This document shows positions 33,853 to 44,119 of a stretch of 64,000 nucleotides of DNA, one piece after another. The stretch covers positions 683 through 64,682 of the forward strand of contig JAGLPS010000006.1 of NCBI GenBank assembly GCA_023137185.1, written 5' to 3'. Position 1 is the stretch's first letter. Each line of letters opens with the position of its first letter. Both the position numbers and the translations under genes were made by a program. Source of the DNA: Minisyncoccota bacterium (lineage in GTDB: Bacteria; Patescibacteriota; Minisyncoccia; Phycocordibacterales; JAGLPS01). Under the pieces are notes generated by a model. It did not search any database. It saw only the letters and a list, made by a program, of their open reading frames with translations, and was not told the origin of the DNA.

Positions 33853-35148
33853 TTACTTAATCCGGCCTATGAAGCTCTTAAGAATTGACATGTGCTGACC
33901 TGGAATCTCTCCACCAGTACAAGCTTCTGCTGGATTAGCATCATTCGTTGTCTCCACAATAAACTGATGTCCACCATAAAAAAATCTACTTCCAATAATT
34001 ACCTTCCCATAAGGACCCGATGAGCAATCCTCGCTACATTCAACTCGCTGCTTAAAGTAAAGAGTATTTTGACAAACCTTAATATCATTTATAGTTGAGC
34101 TATATCGTGTCTTTTTAATAACAGATCTACTTCCCACATAATAATCCACACATCCATCACTTTCATTCCAGTCATTTAATCCGAACGGTATCATCTCTAA
34201 AATTTTAATTTCGGTAGAAATTACTCTCTTACTGTCAGTTTCATATCCTGAAGCACCTTTGCATCTACCTTCAACAACCTCATTAACAGCATCCCATCCT
34301 GTTTCCAACTTCATAATTCCAGCACCAGTTCCACCACTATTTTTATAATCAGACAAAACTGCTTTTATCACTCCGCGATAACCTCCTTGGGATGCTACTG
34401 AAGGCTGTTTCGGAGTTTGCGTTTGTGTTTTCGCCTGTACTGGTGGTTCGTCAGGTTCTTCAAGTTCTTTCTGTACTTCTTGGTTTTTTAAAGCTTCCAA
34501 TCTATCAAGCCTTCTTTGTTCTGCCCTGGCTTTTAATTGCTCCCGATATGCATTAGCTTGTTCTTGTCTAGCAATCAAAGCGTCAATTTCACTACCAGCA
34601 TCTTTTAGTTCTCCTCTCATTCGAGCAATCTCATCAATCTCAGCTTTGTGTCTGGCAAGTTCAAATAAATCTACATTATCTCTAGACCCCTTCAGCATCT
34701 CCCAAAATTTCAAGTCTGATTCAGACATACCATCACCCGAAGCCGCGCCTACAACATTGTCTTTTACTCCAAGAATGTTCATGACATGCCCGATGCCTTC
34801 TCCAATCTTACCAGCAGTTCCAAGCACTGTTCCCAAAGAAAGACCCACTCCTTCTTTCAAAAGATCTGATGAATAGGACCGCAGACCTTCTCTTTCAATA
34901 TCTTTTGACACTTGAAGTAATCTTAATGACTCTTGCACAGCAAGATCTCCTGATTTGCCTAAATTTGGAGCTTGTTTTGTGAGATACTGAACTTGTTCTT
35001 GAATCCCGTCAACTATTCTATTTGTCTGAACTTTGTCATATATAACTTCTCCTCCTTTAGCAACAGAAAGTGCGAGTGCAAGCCAGCTAATTGCCAACAA
35101 AGTTCCCGCCACAACCGCTCCACTTTGATTAGATTTGTTTCTTTTCAT
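33853..35148 (-). CDS. Secreted/membrane-anchored protein with coiled-coil centre and Cys-rich C-terminal domain
   Basis: 431 aa; N-terminal hydrophobic helix, Q/E/R-rich coiled coil, about 9 Cys in the C-terminal 170 aa. Confidence 0.5.
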   Translation of the reverse strand: MKRNKSNQSGAVVAGTLLAISWLALALSVAKGGEVIYDKVQTNRIVDGIQEQVQYLTKQAPNLGKSGDLAVQESLRLLQVSKDIEREGLRSYSSDLLKEGVGLSLGTVLGTAGKIGEGIGHVMNILGVKDNVVGAASGDGMSESDLKFWEMLKGSRDNVDLFELARHKAEIDEIARMRGELKDAGSEIDALIARQEQANAYREQLKARAEQRRLDRLEALKNQEVQKELEEPDEPPVQAKTQTQTPKQPSVASQGGYRGVIKAVLSDYKNSGGTGAGIMKLETGWDAVNEVVEGRCKGASGYETDSKRVISTEIKILEMIPFGLNDWNESDGCVDYYVGSRSVIKKTRYSSTINDIKVCQNTLYFKQRVECSEDCSSGPYGKVIIGSRFFYGGHQFIVETTNDANPAEACTGGEIPGQHMSILKSFIGRIK

Positions 35149-35150
35149 AT

Positions 35151-35678
35151 TTATTGAACTTTTATTGGAAAGGTTTGTATATATATAACTTCATCGCCTT
35201 CTACGGCAACTTTTATTTGCTCGTTGAAATCATAGACTTTGGCATTTTCCATGAGAAGTTCCGGTACAGAAACAACTGTACTTGGATCCGCTCCAATTAC
35301 TTTTTTAACTTGTTCAAAAGTCATTCCTTCTTTAAATTTATCTGGAGAAATTGGAAAAGGATCGGCTTCGTCAATAAATGAGATGTCCTGATCATTGGAA
35401 AATTCACCATCTATAAAAGAGAAAGACCGTCCATGTCTCTCATAACTCAATGCCTCATATCTTGCTGTTTTGTATTCTTCATCAACAATCATCTCTCCGA
35501 AGACAATGGTGTAACTCGTAGGGTTACCAAAATCTTTAATCAACACATCTGTGTCGTTAGAAAAAAGAAAAGATAAGAAATAAGAAGACCAGTTAAATGT
35601 CATGTAGACAAGCAATGCCAGTAAAAAAAGCTTCCATTTTTTCGTTTCTTTTATTTTGTTTAAAATATACATAAGCAA
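35151..35678 (-). CDS. Membrane-anchored small protein (N-terminal TM, extracytoplasmic domain)
   Basis: 175 aa; stop 3 nt upstream of the next gene's start. Confidence 0.45.
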   Translation of the reverse strand: MLMYILNKIKETKKWKLFLLALLVYMTFNWSSYFLSFLFSNDTDVLIKDFGNPTSYTIVFGEMIVDEEYKTARYEALSYERHGRSFSFIDGEFSNDQDISFIDEADPFPISPDKFKEGMTFEQVKKVIGADPSTVVSVPELLMENAKVYDFNEQIKVAVEGDEVIYIQTFPIKVQ

Positions 35679-35794
35679 ATCAAAATTAACTTATTAAAAC
35701 TACTAATATTATACCAAAACTTAAGAGGTTCGAACACGAGGAAAAGTCCTGTTCGGGGTAAAACAAAATACCGCTAGTTATAGCGATATTTTAG

Positions 35795-35842
35795 GTTGGC
35801 TCCCCCAACTGGATGAGTTCAGAACTTTGGATTGGGGGAAGA
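35795..35842. repeat. Repeat R-beta copy 3 (ggttggctcccccaactggatgagttcagaactttggattggggg)
   Basis: matches 32868-32918. Confidence 0.55.
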
Positions 35843-35916
35843 TAAAATTGGAAATGAGGAGATTAGATTTTGTTTTATCAAACCTGTTTTGAGCAAACTC
35901 TTCTTGTAACAAACTC

Positions 35917-35960
35917 GCAACATACAATTTGGCTCCCCCGGTAGGATTCGGCTACAAGTT
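35917..35960 (-). repeat. R-alpha copy 2 fused to a 23-nt remnant of the tRNA-Asn 3' end including CCA (cgaatcctaccgggggagccaaa in minus orientation): att-like scar
   Basis: 18 nt identical to the T-arm/acceptor 3' strand of the tRNA at 36097-36168. Confidence 0.55.
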
Positions 35961-36096
35961 TTTGCTCGCCGTCGCTCGCAAAACTTTCAGCCCACCCCTC
36001 GCGGTTTTGTCTGCTGACAAAACATCGCTGCGGTCTTCAAATCTTCCCCGCGCGCAAAGTAGTTTGCGCGCTCGGACTCGCACTCGCAGACTCGTG

Positions 36097-36168
36097 CTCC
36101 CCCGGTAGGATTCGAACCTACGACCAATCGCTTAACAGGCGAGTGCTCTACCACTGAGCTACAGGGGA
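36097..36168 (-). tRNA. tRNA-Asn (anticodon GTT)
   Basis: 72 nt; acceptor tcccctg/cggggga (one GU), D-arm gctc-agtggta-gagc, anticodon loop ctGTTaa, T-arm gtagg-ttcgaat-cctac; CCA not encoded. Confidence 0.85.
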
Positions 36169-36343
36169 ATGTATTTTTTACAAACACATTTATCCAAAAA
36201 TGTCCTACCTACAAACAAGCAAGCAAACAGGCAAGTTGGATAATAACGATATATTAGCAAAAAATAGTTTATCCGCAATCTTTACTCCTAAACTCCCCTC
36301 TCCCAACAAAGCAAAATGTGTTAATAAAACAGATCACTCTGCC

Positions 36344-36373
36344 AATACCCCGCGGCGAAGCCGCGGGGTATTT
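36344..36373. terminator. Hairpin aataccccgcggc-gaa-gccgcggggtatt, 3' of the protease gene
   Basis: 13-bp stem; a closely related 20-bp version occurs at 47700-47745. Confidence 0.5.
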
Positions 36374-36412
36374 CGGCCACCCAATAATCTAGAAATTTGT
36401 CCAGAGGAACCT

Positions 36413-37624
36413 TTACTGTGTTGCCGCGTACGCGTTTACCAAGCCCCATCCAAAGAGATTGTCAAAACCGCTCGCGCCCAAATCAGTAGCGGTGTCTTGA
36501 AGTTTGTTTTTTACTTCCTCGGGATCCCACTTAGAGTTTCCATTTGTGTCATAAGCACCCGGGGCAGTCTCCAAAACAAGAGCGGCGGCGCCCGCAACAT
36601 GCGGAGCTGCCATAGATGTGCCACTTAACGTTTTGTACCCCTTTCTTTTATAGGTGGAGTAGATACTTACACCGGGCGCGGCAATATCAATTTCGGGTCC
36701 GCGGGAAGAAAATGAGGCAATGTTGTTGTTTGAGTCTGTTGCTGAAACAGCTATCGCTTCGGAATAAGCGGCAGGATAAAGAACTGCTCCTCCCGAATTT
36801 CCAGCCGCAGCCACAACGACAATTCCGGCATCATACGCGCGGATAACGGCATCGTGGAAAGACTGCACGTTTGACCCCGTGCCAAGACTCATATTTATTA
36901 CGTCAAGATTGCTGTTGATGGCAAAATCTATACCCTCAATGATGTCAGAGAGATATCCAGAACCGCGCGAGTTAAGCACTTTGATAGCGTAAAGGTCAAT
37001 ATCCGGACCTACACCAACAACACCGATATTATTTTGCAAAGCGGCAATGGTGCCCGCGACGTGAGATCCGTGCCCGTTGTCATCTTCAGCGCTTTTTCTC
37101 GTCCTGATGGCGTTGTATTGCCCCTTTATATTTTCTTTAAGGTCAGGATGATAAAGATTTATACCAGTATCAATAACACCCACTTTGATAGGATTTCCTG
37201 TATTGCCTTCTGGCCAGACAAGCTCGGCGTCAACACGGTCAATTCCCCACGGCAGTATTTGTGATTGAACAGGAGCAGATGGAAGGATAGGCCTTCTGCG
37301 GGTATATCGTTCTAATTGAGAAGGAAGGTCAAGCGCGTAGACAATAACATCATCGTCTATTCGTTTGACACGGATGTCTCTTTCAAGTGTCCGTAGTTCC
37401 GCGGATGTTAAATTCTCCACAACGTCTGCTTGAAAAACACCTCGCAACCGCTTTATCCTATTTGACCGCAAGGTCTCGCTTAATGCCTCGCGTTCCGCGA
37501 CAGACACGCTTTCAGTGTAAACAATGATTTTTCTTCCCGACTCATACGAAGCGGAAGAAATAATCGGTAAAAGCCCGACAGAAACAAGGGCGATAACAAA
37601 AAGTGAAAGATAATTTATTTTCAT
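36413..37624 (-). CDS. Secreted subtilisin-like serine protease (peptidase S8)
   Basis: 403 aa; signal peptide; catalytic D (VIDTGI), H (HGSHVAGTIAA) and S (GTSMAAPHVAGAAAL) motifs. Confidence 0.85.
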   Translation of the reverse strand: MKINYLSLFVIALVSVGLLPIISSASYESGRKIIVYTESVSVAEREALSETLRSNRIKRLRGVFQADVVENLTSAELRTLERDIRVKRIDDDVIVYALDLPSQLERYTRRRPILPSAPVQSQILPWGIDRVDAELVWPEGNTGNPIKVGVIDTGINLYHPDLKENIKGQYNAIRTRKSAEDDNGHGSHVAGTIAALQNNIGVVGVGPDIDLYAIKVLNSRGSGYLSDIIEGIDFAINSNLDVINMSLGTGSNVQSFHDAVIRAYDAGIVVVAAAGNSGGAVLYPAAYSEAIAVSATDSNNNIASFSSRGPEIDIAAPGVSIYSTYKRKGYKTLSGTSMAAPHVAGAAALVLETAPGAYDTNGNSKWDPEEVKNKLQDTATDLGASGFDNLFGWGLVNAYAATQ

Positions 37625-37730
37625 ATAATTTTATTTTTTAACTTTTTGGATAAGAGATATAGACCTAATTCTCTATAATAGCAGATTCTAAAAAATATAT
37701 CTCTCTCCCACAGCAGAAACCGCAGTCATT

Positions 37731-37779
37731 AACTTGGGAGCTCCAACTTGGAAGCCGAGCTTCCAAGTGTGGTGTAATT
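37731..37779 (+). repeat. P1 repeat family copy 4
   Basis: aacttgggagctccaacttggaagccgagcttccaagtgtggtgtaat. Confidence 0.6.
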
Positions 37780-37909
37780 TAGGTTTTTGGACAAATAGTG
37801 AAATTAAATTCTTGTGTAATCTATGGGCGAAGACCTTTAAATATAAAGTTTACCGTCCGCGAACACCCCGCCGTAAGCGGACGGGGTGTTCTGGTTGCTT
37901 GCAATAAAT

Positions 37910-39214
37910 TCAGTATAACCACTCCTTTTGGTTAGGGTCGCGGGCAAACATATCTACAATAAGCGCGCCCCACGTAAAATTCTGGGCGCCTTGGCCAGCT
38001 CCCGTCTCGGGATTGAAATGCTCGCGGAAACCAGATTCCATAAGCAATTTTGCAGTGTCTTCACGCACCTGTTCTGCTTCTTCGGCAAATTCGTAATCAC
38101 AAAGACCATGATATATAAACCAGTTTGTAGCAACCCACACTGGACCTCTCCAGAACCCGTCAGGATTGTAAACTTTTTCTTCCTTGGCAACCGTGGGCAC
38201 GCTGTATTTTGTTTTAAATTCAGAAGGGTCATTCAAGTGGCGTTCAACAAGTTCCTTCGCTTCCTCTCCTGAAAGGAGCTTCGCAAACAATGGAGAGAAA
38301 ATCGCCCACGTTTTAATGTATATCTTTTTATACTCTTCACCCATTACTGACCAGAACACGCCATCTTCATACATATGGTCCCGCATCGCATCAGCAACAC
38401 GAAGTTCTCGTCCTCGAAAATATAACGCTTCTTCCATTCTATTCAACTCTTCAGCTATCATTCCCATCAAACTTAGATTTTTGACAAAAATCGCGTTAAA
38501 CGGAACATCTTTGACCCAGAAAAACTCTTTCATACAAAATGGCGCGTCAAAATTGCAGGTTTTGTTTTTTTCCACAAGCTCTTTACGTTTCCCGAAATTT
38601 TCCTCCGAAGTCTGGTCTTCTGAAAGACCAAGCGGAATATCAAAACGAGGCGAATCATCCTCTCCTGATTCGTCGGGATTGATAATACCTACAAGGTGAT
38701 TATGACGAGGGTCTCGTTCATTAAGAAGGTAATTATAAAAATGATACAAGTAAGTATACATTTCCTCTAGAAATTTTTTATCTCCATCTTTTTTGTAAAT
38801 ATTCCAAACAGCATAGGCAAGCATTGGGGGTTGTGTAATGCTTGAAATTCCTTCTCTTCCCCACTTAATATCGATTACACCGGGAACCTTCTTCCAGTAG
38901 ATAATGTGAGGGATCAAGCCACTACTATCTTGTTTTGAAACAAGCGCCCTCATTTCCTTTTTGGCGTCTTCAGGAGAGAAATGGGATAGCGCGATAGCAT
39001 GAAAACAAGAATCCCAGAGCCATTGGTACGGATACGAATCCGGTGAAGGAACCGTATATTGATGTCCGTCGGTCGTACGACGATTTTCGGTAAGAATTTT
39101 TAAAGATTGGTCTTTGAGAGTCTTTATATCTTTTTCTGTCATAATATCTTTAGTATACCCCGTTAGTGAGTTTTGGCGAAGGGGTATTGTCCCGTTCCTT
39201 CGGAACATCGCCAA
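37910..39214 (-). CDS. Six-hairpin glycoside hydrolase (GH63/GH37/GH15-like)
   Basis: 434 aa; YPYQWLWDSCFHA motif and (alpha/alpha)6 glycosidase-like length. An alternative start at 39139 (MTEKDIK) is possible because 39157-39240 forms a stable leader hairpin. Confidence 0.5.
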   Translation of the reverse strand: MAMFRRNGTIPLRQNSLTGYTKDIMTEKDIKTLKDQSLKILTENRRTTDGHQYTVPSPDSYPYQWLWDSCFHAIALSHFSPEDAKKEMRALVSKQDSSGLIPHIIYWKKVPGVIDIKWGREGISSITQPPMLAYAVWNIYKKDGDKKFLEEMYTYLYHFYNYLLNERDPRHNHLVGIINPDESGEDDSPRFDIPLGLSEDQTSEENFGKRKELVEKNKTCNFDAPFCMKEFFWVKDVPFNAIFVKNLSLMGMIAEELNRMEEALYFRGRELRVADAMRDHMYEDGVFWSVMGEEYKKIYIKTWAIFSPLFAKLLSGEEAKELVERHLNDPSEFKTKYSVPTVAKEEKVYNPDGFWRGPVWVATNWFIYHGLCDYEFAEEAEQVREDTAKLLMESGFREHFNPETGAGQGAQNFTWGALIVDMFARDPNQKEWLY

Positions 39215-39300
39215 AATCTACTACGGGGTATACCCACCCACCCACACCCAGATTGGCATAGTATTTTGTTGACTAAATAACGCTATTCATAAAAAAAGCA
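39157..39300 (-). promoter_or_regulatory. Copy 2 of the promoter + leader-hairpin element (see 72-195), 5' of the glycosidase gene
   Basis: gtataccccgt...acggggtatac long-range stem; conserved block cagattggcatagtattttgttgactaaa. Confidence 0.35.
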
Positions 39301-39427
39301 AATACTGAATGATATGGGTAAACAGCCAAATACGCGGAGAAAAGCGCTCAAAATACGGCAAACCAAACTGCCCATCCACTCCATCTCAAAAGACATTGAA
39401 ATGACTGCCTGTTTTCTTTACCAACAA

Positions 39428-39463
39428 TAACCCTATTTTCAGCTTGCTATATACTCCACTTAG
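39428..39463 (+). promoter_or_regulatory. Sigma70-like promoter TTGCTA-16nt-TATAAT
   Basis: ttgctatatactccacttagggtataat, upstream of the small acidic ORF. Confidence 0.4.
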
Positions 39464-39519
39464 GGTATAATAGCTTCTGTCGGTTTGATTTATCAGTTAA
39501 GCAAAATTGACTTACATGG

Positions 39520-39633
39520 AAGAAGAAAACACAACACCTCAAAACGAGGGAGCAGAAAATCAGCCTGCGGAACAGCCTGCAGCACCTGCAGAACAGCCTG
39601 CAACAGAAGCAGAACAACCTGCAGCCTAGCCTA
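39520..39633 (+). CDS. Small acidic repeat peptide MEEENTTPQNEGAENQPAEQPAAPAEQPATEAEQPAA (37 aa)
   Basis: three gaacagcctgca repeats; promoter upstream and a terminator hairpin immediately downstream; speculative. Confidence 0.25.
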
Positions 39634-39642
39634 ATATATGAA

Positions 39643-39684
39643 AAACCCCGCATCCGCCAATTGGCGAATGCGGGGTTTTTCATA
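39643..39684. terminator. Bidirectional terminator aaaaaccccgcatccgccaattggcgaatgcggggttttt
   Basis: 15-bp stem with A/T runs on both sides; follows the yvcK stop on the minus strand. Confidence 0.65.
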
Positions 39685-39685
39685 T

Positions 39686-40774
39686 TCATAAACCGGCAAC
39701 AATCGCCCCGAGTTTGTCTGAATCATGACGGAGAATTGAAGCATCATCATACACATCTTTTGCTATGAGTTTTCGGCCATATTTTTTCAATTTCTCATCA
39801 ATTATGATGGGGTGTTTTTTTTCAACAAAATACGCGTCTACGAGCTGCGTAGGGAACGATTTTGTATTATAAATAATGTAATCAAAAGAAAGGACACCCA
39901 TATAAGAAAGCGCGGTACGAGAAAAGTCTGACGCCTTAAAACCGTGCGTTTCACCCCATTTCGTCATCAAATTTAACACGTATACGGTTATGCCTTTGTT
40001 TGCTTTTATTGCTTCCGGAACCCCTTCTACAAGAAGGTTTGGAATAATTGAAGTATAGAGATCGCCTGGAGCAATAACAATCATATCCGCTTCCCGTATT
40101 GCTTTCGCGGTCTCTTCAAATACAAACGCTCGTGGTCTAAGAAAGACTTTTTTAATTTTTAATTCTCCATTATGCGCGGGAATATCAATATTGGTCTCAC
40201 CCTCTATAATAGTTCCATCCTCAAGTTCAGCGCACAATTGAGCTTTATTAAGGCTTACTGGCAATACTTTCCCCTCTATATTCAATAGCTCGCCAGCTTC
40301 TTTTATTGCTTCCGCTTCATTAGTTTTGATATGTGTCAGAGCGGTAAGTAAAAGATTCCCAAAATTGTGGCCGTGAAGAGAGCTTTCTTTGTTATTAAAA
40401 CGAAAATTAAAAAGATTTCGAAGGGTTGCTTCTTTTTCTCCCTCGGAGAGCGCGACTAAACAGCGTCGGGCATCCCCCGGAGGTAAAACGCCAAATTCAT
40501 CTCGCAATACGCCGCTACTGCCACCAGAGTCAAACATCGTCACAACCGCGGTTATATCAAAAGGGTATTTTTTGAGTCCTCGGAGAACTACGAAACTCCC
40601 AGTCCCTCCGCCGATTACTACTATTTTCTTTTTTGTGTTTCTAGGCAAGTAAACTTTTTTTCTGAACAATTTTCGAAAGGTCTTCAAACCGCAATGGAAT
40701 AGTTTCGCCCAAGAAGTCATCTTGTTCTTTGCCTCGGTAGTCAGCCACTTCTTTCCAGAGAGCCCGCCCAACAA
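39686..40774 (-). CDS. yvcK: YvcK/CofD-family (gluconeogenesis factor / 2-phospho-L-lactate transferase-like) protein
   Basis: 362 aa; VVIGGGTGSFVVLRGLK...MFDSGGSSGVLR motifs. Confidence 0.7.
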   Translation of the reverse strand: MLGGLSGKKWLTTEAKNKMTSWAKLFHCGLKTFRKLFRKKVYLPRNTKKKIVVIGGGTGSFVVLRGLKKYPFDITAVVTMFDSGGSSGVLRDEFGVLPPGDARRCLVALSEGEKEATLRNLFNFRFNNKESSLHGHNFGNLLLTALTHIKTNEAEAIKEAGELLNIEGKVLPVSLNKAQLCAELEDGTIIEGETNIDIPAHNGELKIKKVFLRPRAFVFEETAKAIREADMIVIAPGDLYTSIIPNLLVEGVPEAIKANKGITVYVLNLMTKWGETHGFKASDFSRTALSYMGVLSFDYIIYNTKSFPTQLVDAYFVEKKHPIIIDEKLKKYGRKLIAKDVYDDASILRHDSDKLGAIVAGL

Positions 40775-41495
40775 GAAAACCTCGCGCGCCTCCTTCTACC
40801 GCTTTTTCAAGCTGATCTTCAAACACACCAAATGATACTCCCCGACTCAAGAGAATCCAGGGCGTACTTTTTACCAATTGTGTCATTTGAAAGCAGACCT
40901 GCTGGTCATCCTCAGGAAACTCAAGTTTCCACACATCAGGAACCACCCCTTCCTTTATAAATCTTTCAACAGAAGAAAGAATGAGCTCTGAACGTCTGGC
41001 GGTAAATCCCGGGACATTGTACGTTACAATTTCGATGAAAAGCGGCATTCCTTCCTTACGGGCATCCGCAAGAACTGTTCGGGCAACATCAATTTGATTA
41101 AGAGCCGCGGAAGAATAGGGGTTAAAGTATATAAGAAGTTTTACTCCGCTCGCTCCCTGTTTTTTAAGCTGAGCGGCAGTGTATACAATTTTATTAAGGC
41201 GCGCCGTTTCCTCCCCTTCATACCCACTCGCTTCAGCCCGCAAAACAAATGGCGGATGAGACTTCAGATGGCTCTCTGTTGCTTGTTTATAAGCAGGCAA
41301 GCCGTGTTCGGAATCAATTAAAACCCCGCTGGCTCTTGATAAAAGTGGAGCAATGATACGTTTTTTTAGATTGATGATATCCTCGGATAAAACCGCATCC
41401 GGACTATGTGGACTGATTATTTTTCGGAAACTTTCATCGTGGTCAAGAGCAAGCATTAAAAAACCGTCATTTTTTGAAAAGATATCGGTATTCAT
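40641..41495 (-). CDS. Class I aldolase (DeoC/LacD/DhnA-like TIM barrel)
   Basis: 284 aa; LALDHD near the N-terminus and GARGFLVGRALW near the C-terminus; 134-nt overlap with yvcK. Confidence 0.45.
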   Translation of the reverse strand: MNTDIFSKNDGFLMLALDHDESFRKIISPHSPDAVLSEDIINLKKRIIAPLLSRASGVLIDSEHGLPAYKQATESHLKSHPPFVLRAEASGYEGEETARLNKIVYTAAQLKKQGASGVKLLIYFNPYSSAALNQIDVARTVLADARKEGMPLFIEIVTYNVPGFTARRSELILSSVERFIKEGVVPDVWKLEFPEDDQQVCFQMTQLVKSTPWILLSRGVSFGVFEDQLEKAVEGGARGFLVGRALWKEVADYRGKEQDDFLGETIPLRFEDLSKIVQKKSLLA

Positions 41496-41528
41496 TGCAT
41501 ATTATTATACCAAAAACAAAAAGAGAGG

Positions 41529-41699
41529 TTATTTCCCCTCTTTGTACACGGTGTGTTTTCGAGCAATAGGATTATGTTTTTTTAAGGAAAGTTTTCCAGG
41601 ATGCCCTTTTTTATTCTTGAATGTGTAATACACGTGGCCTTTCCCCACCTTTTTCTCGTCTCCTTGCGATATTAGTTTTACAAGATTGTCTTGTGACAT
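41529..41699 (-). CDS. rpmG: 50S ribosomal protein L33
   Basis: MSQDNLVKLISQG..GHVYYTFKNKK..PGKLSLKKHNPIARKHTVYKE parallels the L33 consensus. Confidence 0.8.
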   Translation of the reverse strand: MSQDNLVKLISQGDEKKVGKGHVYYTFKNKKGHPGKLSLKKHNPIARKHTVYKEGK

Positions 41700-41773
41700 A
41701 GTGGAATAGTATACCAGAAAAGAGAAAAAGCGCAAAGCGCGCAAATACCCCATAACACTGCGGACACAATATC

Positions 41774-41922
41774 ACTTGGAAGCCGTAACTTGGAAGCTAA
41801 CTTGGAAGCTCGGCTTCCAAATAACGGCTTCCAAATAAGAGCCTTAAAATGTGGTGTAATATGTTTTTAACTTGGAAGCCGAGCTTCCAAGTCTGGTGTA
41901 GAGCTTCCAAGTGTGGTGTAAT
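41774..41922 (+). repeat. P1 repeat family copies 5a/5b (two tandem units, about 150 nt)
   Basis: cacttggaagccgtaacttggaagctaacttggaagctcggcttccaa...aaaatgtggtgtaat...cttggaagccgagcttccaag...agcttccaagtgtggtgtaat. Confidence 0.6.
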
Positions 41923-42056
41923 TTGTTACAAGGTCAAACCTTGTAACGTTGTGAGGATTCTCACCTCGTTTTTCCTCGTAAGGATATCTTAAATATGATT
42001 CCGCTAACAAAAAAAGGGCGTTCGCTGTTTGCGAAAGCCCTTTATCATACATACTT

Positions 42057-42617
42057 CTACACACCAATTGTTGCAAGCGGTTTGGAAAATTCTTTCTCCA
42101 AAAATTGAGACGCCTTTTTGTAGACCTCTTTGTTAGACAACGATGACGCCTGCAAAGAAAAAGAGGTAACAGAGTGTTTCAAGAAATCAATTGCCGGTTT
42201 TATATATCGCACATACTCATCCCATTGTCTGACAAATTTGTCTTTCTTGTCACCCTCTTCCTCCTGTAAATCAGCAGAACCGCCAAGAAACCGAGCCTCA
42301 GCGATTTTCCACTTTGTTTTTAGTGATATAAAGGCAATAGGATATTTACCCCATACATTTAGAAGGTGTCGAGCTTGAGAAATCGTACAGGGGAATCCAA
42401 CAAAGACACCCCGTACCACACGGTCATCGGACATTTGTTCAAGAATTCTTGAAACATTGTTATCAAAGATTTCAGACGCGGCTTCCCTCGTCGGCAGATA
42501 TCCTTTTCTCATATCAAAAACAGGACATTTGTATTTTTCCGCAATCTTTTCAGCAAGCGCGTTTTTTTCTGACGTTGGCGCGCCATTTACAACAATTAAG
42601 TTACCTCTTTGGCTCAT
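42057..42617 (-). CDS. Hypothetical protein, possibly nucleotide-kinase-like with degenerate P-loop
   Basis: 186 aa; LIVVNGAPTSEKNALAEKIAEKY; weak. Confidence 0.3.
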   Translation of the reverse strand: MSQRGNLIVVNGAPTSEKNALAEKIAEKYKCPVFDMRKGYLPTREAASEIFDNNVSRILEQMSDDRVVRGVFVGFPCTISQARHLLNVWGKYPIAFISLKTKWKIAEARFLGGSADLQEEEGDKKDKFVRQWDEYVRYIKPAIDFLKHSVTSFSLQASSLSNKEVYKKASQFLEKEFSKPLATIGV

Positions 42618-42713
42618 TCATAGCCTCCTTTTTTTGGTGTGTTATAGGTTTATTATAGAACTGCTAAATAGCAAAATAGCCTTAAAAATGTAATCTGTCA
42701 ATAGGGCGCAATC

Positions 42714-44027
<1,314 letters not shown>

Positions 44028-44078
44028 TCAATTTTTTTATATGTAAACCATCACACTTTTAAATGTATAGGGGTTTAC

Positions 44079-44107
44079 AAAAACCCGCCTCTTCGGCGGG
44101 TTTTTGA
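44079..44107 (-). terminator. Terminator aaacccgcc-tcttc-ggcgggttt + U-run
   Basis: 3' of the RRM gene. Confidence 0.6.
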
Positions 44108-44119
44108 ATCATCAACTTT

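Noticed and set aside
35938-36096. Second tRNA or tRNA with intron between the tRNA fragment and tRNA-Asn
   Set aside because: Only the T-arm/acceptor 3' strand is duplicated. No D-arm or anticodon arm can be folded.
35987-36187. 66-aa ORF overlapping tRNA-Asn
   Set aside because: It fully overlaps a well-formed tRNA, so it is a spurious reading frame.
39447-39689. 80-aa minus-strand ORF MNMKNPAFANWRMRGF... with Cys/Arg repeats
   Set aside because: It is the antisense of the EQPA-repeat region and overlaps the bidirectional terminator, so it is a repeat-driven artefact.
41774-41922. CRISPR array (repeated cttggaagc units)
   Set aside because: The repeats are palindromic with irregular spacing, have no unique spacers of constant length, and sit next to no cas genes. 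They are better explained as the REP-like P1 family.
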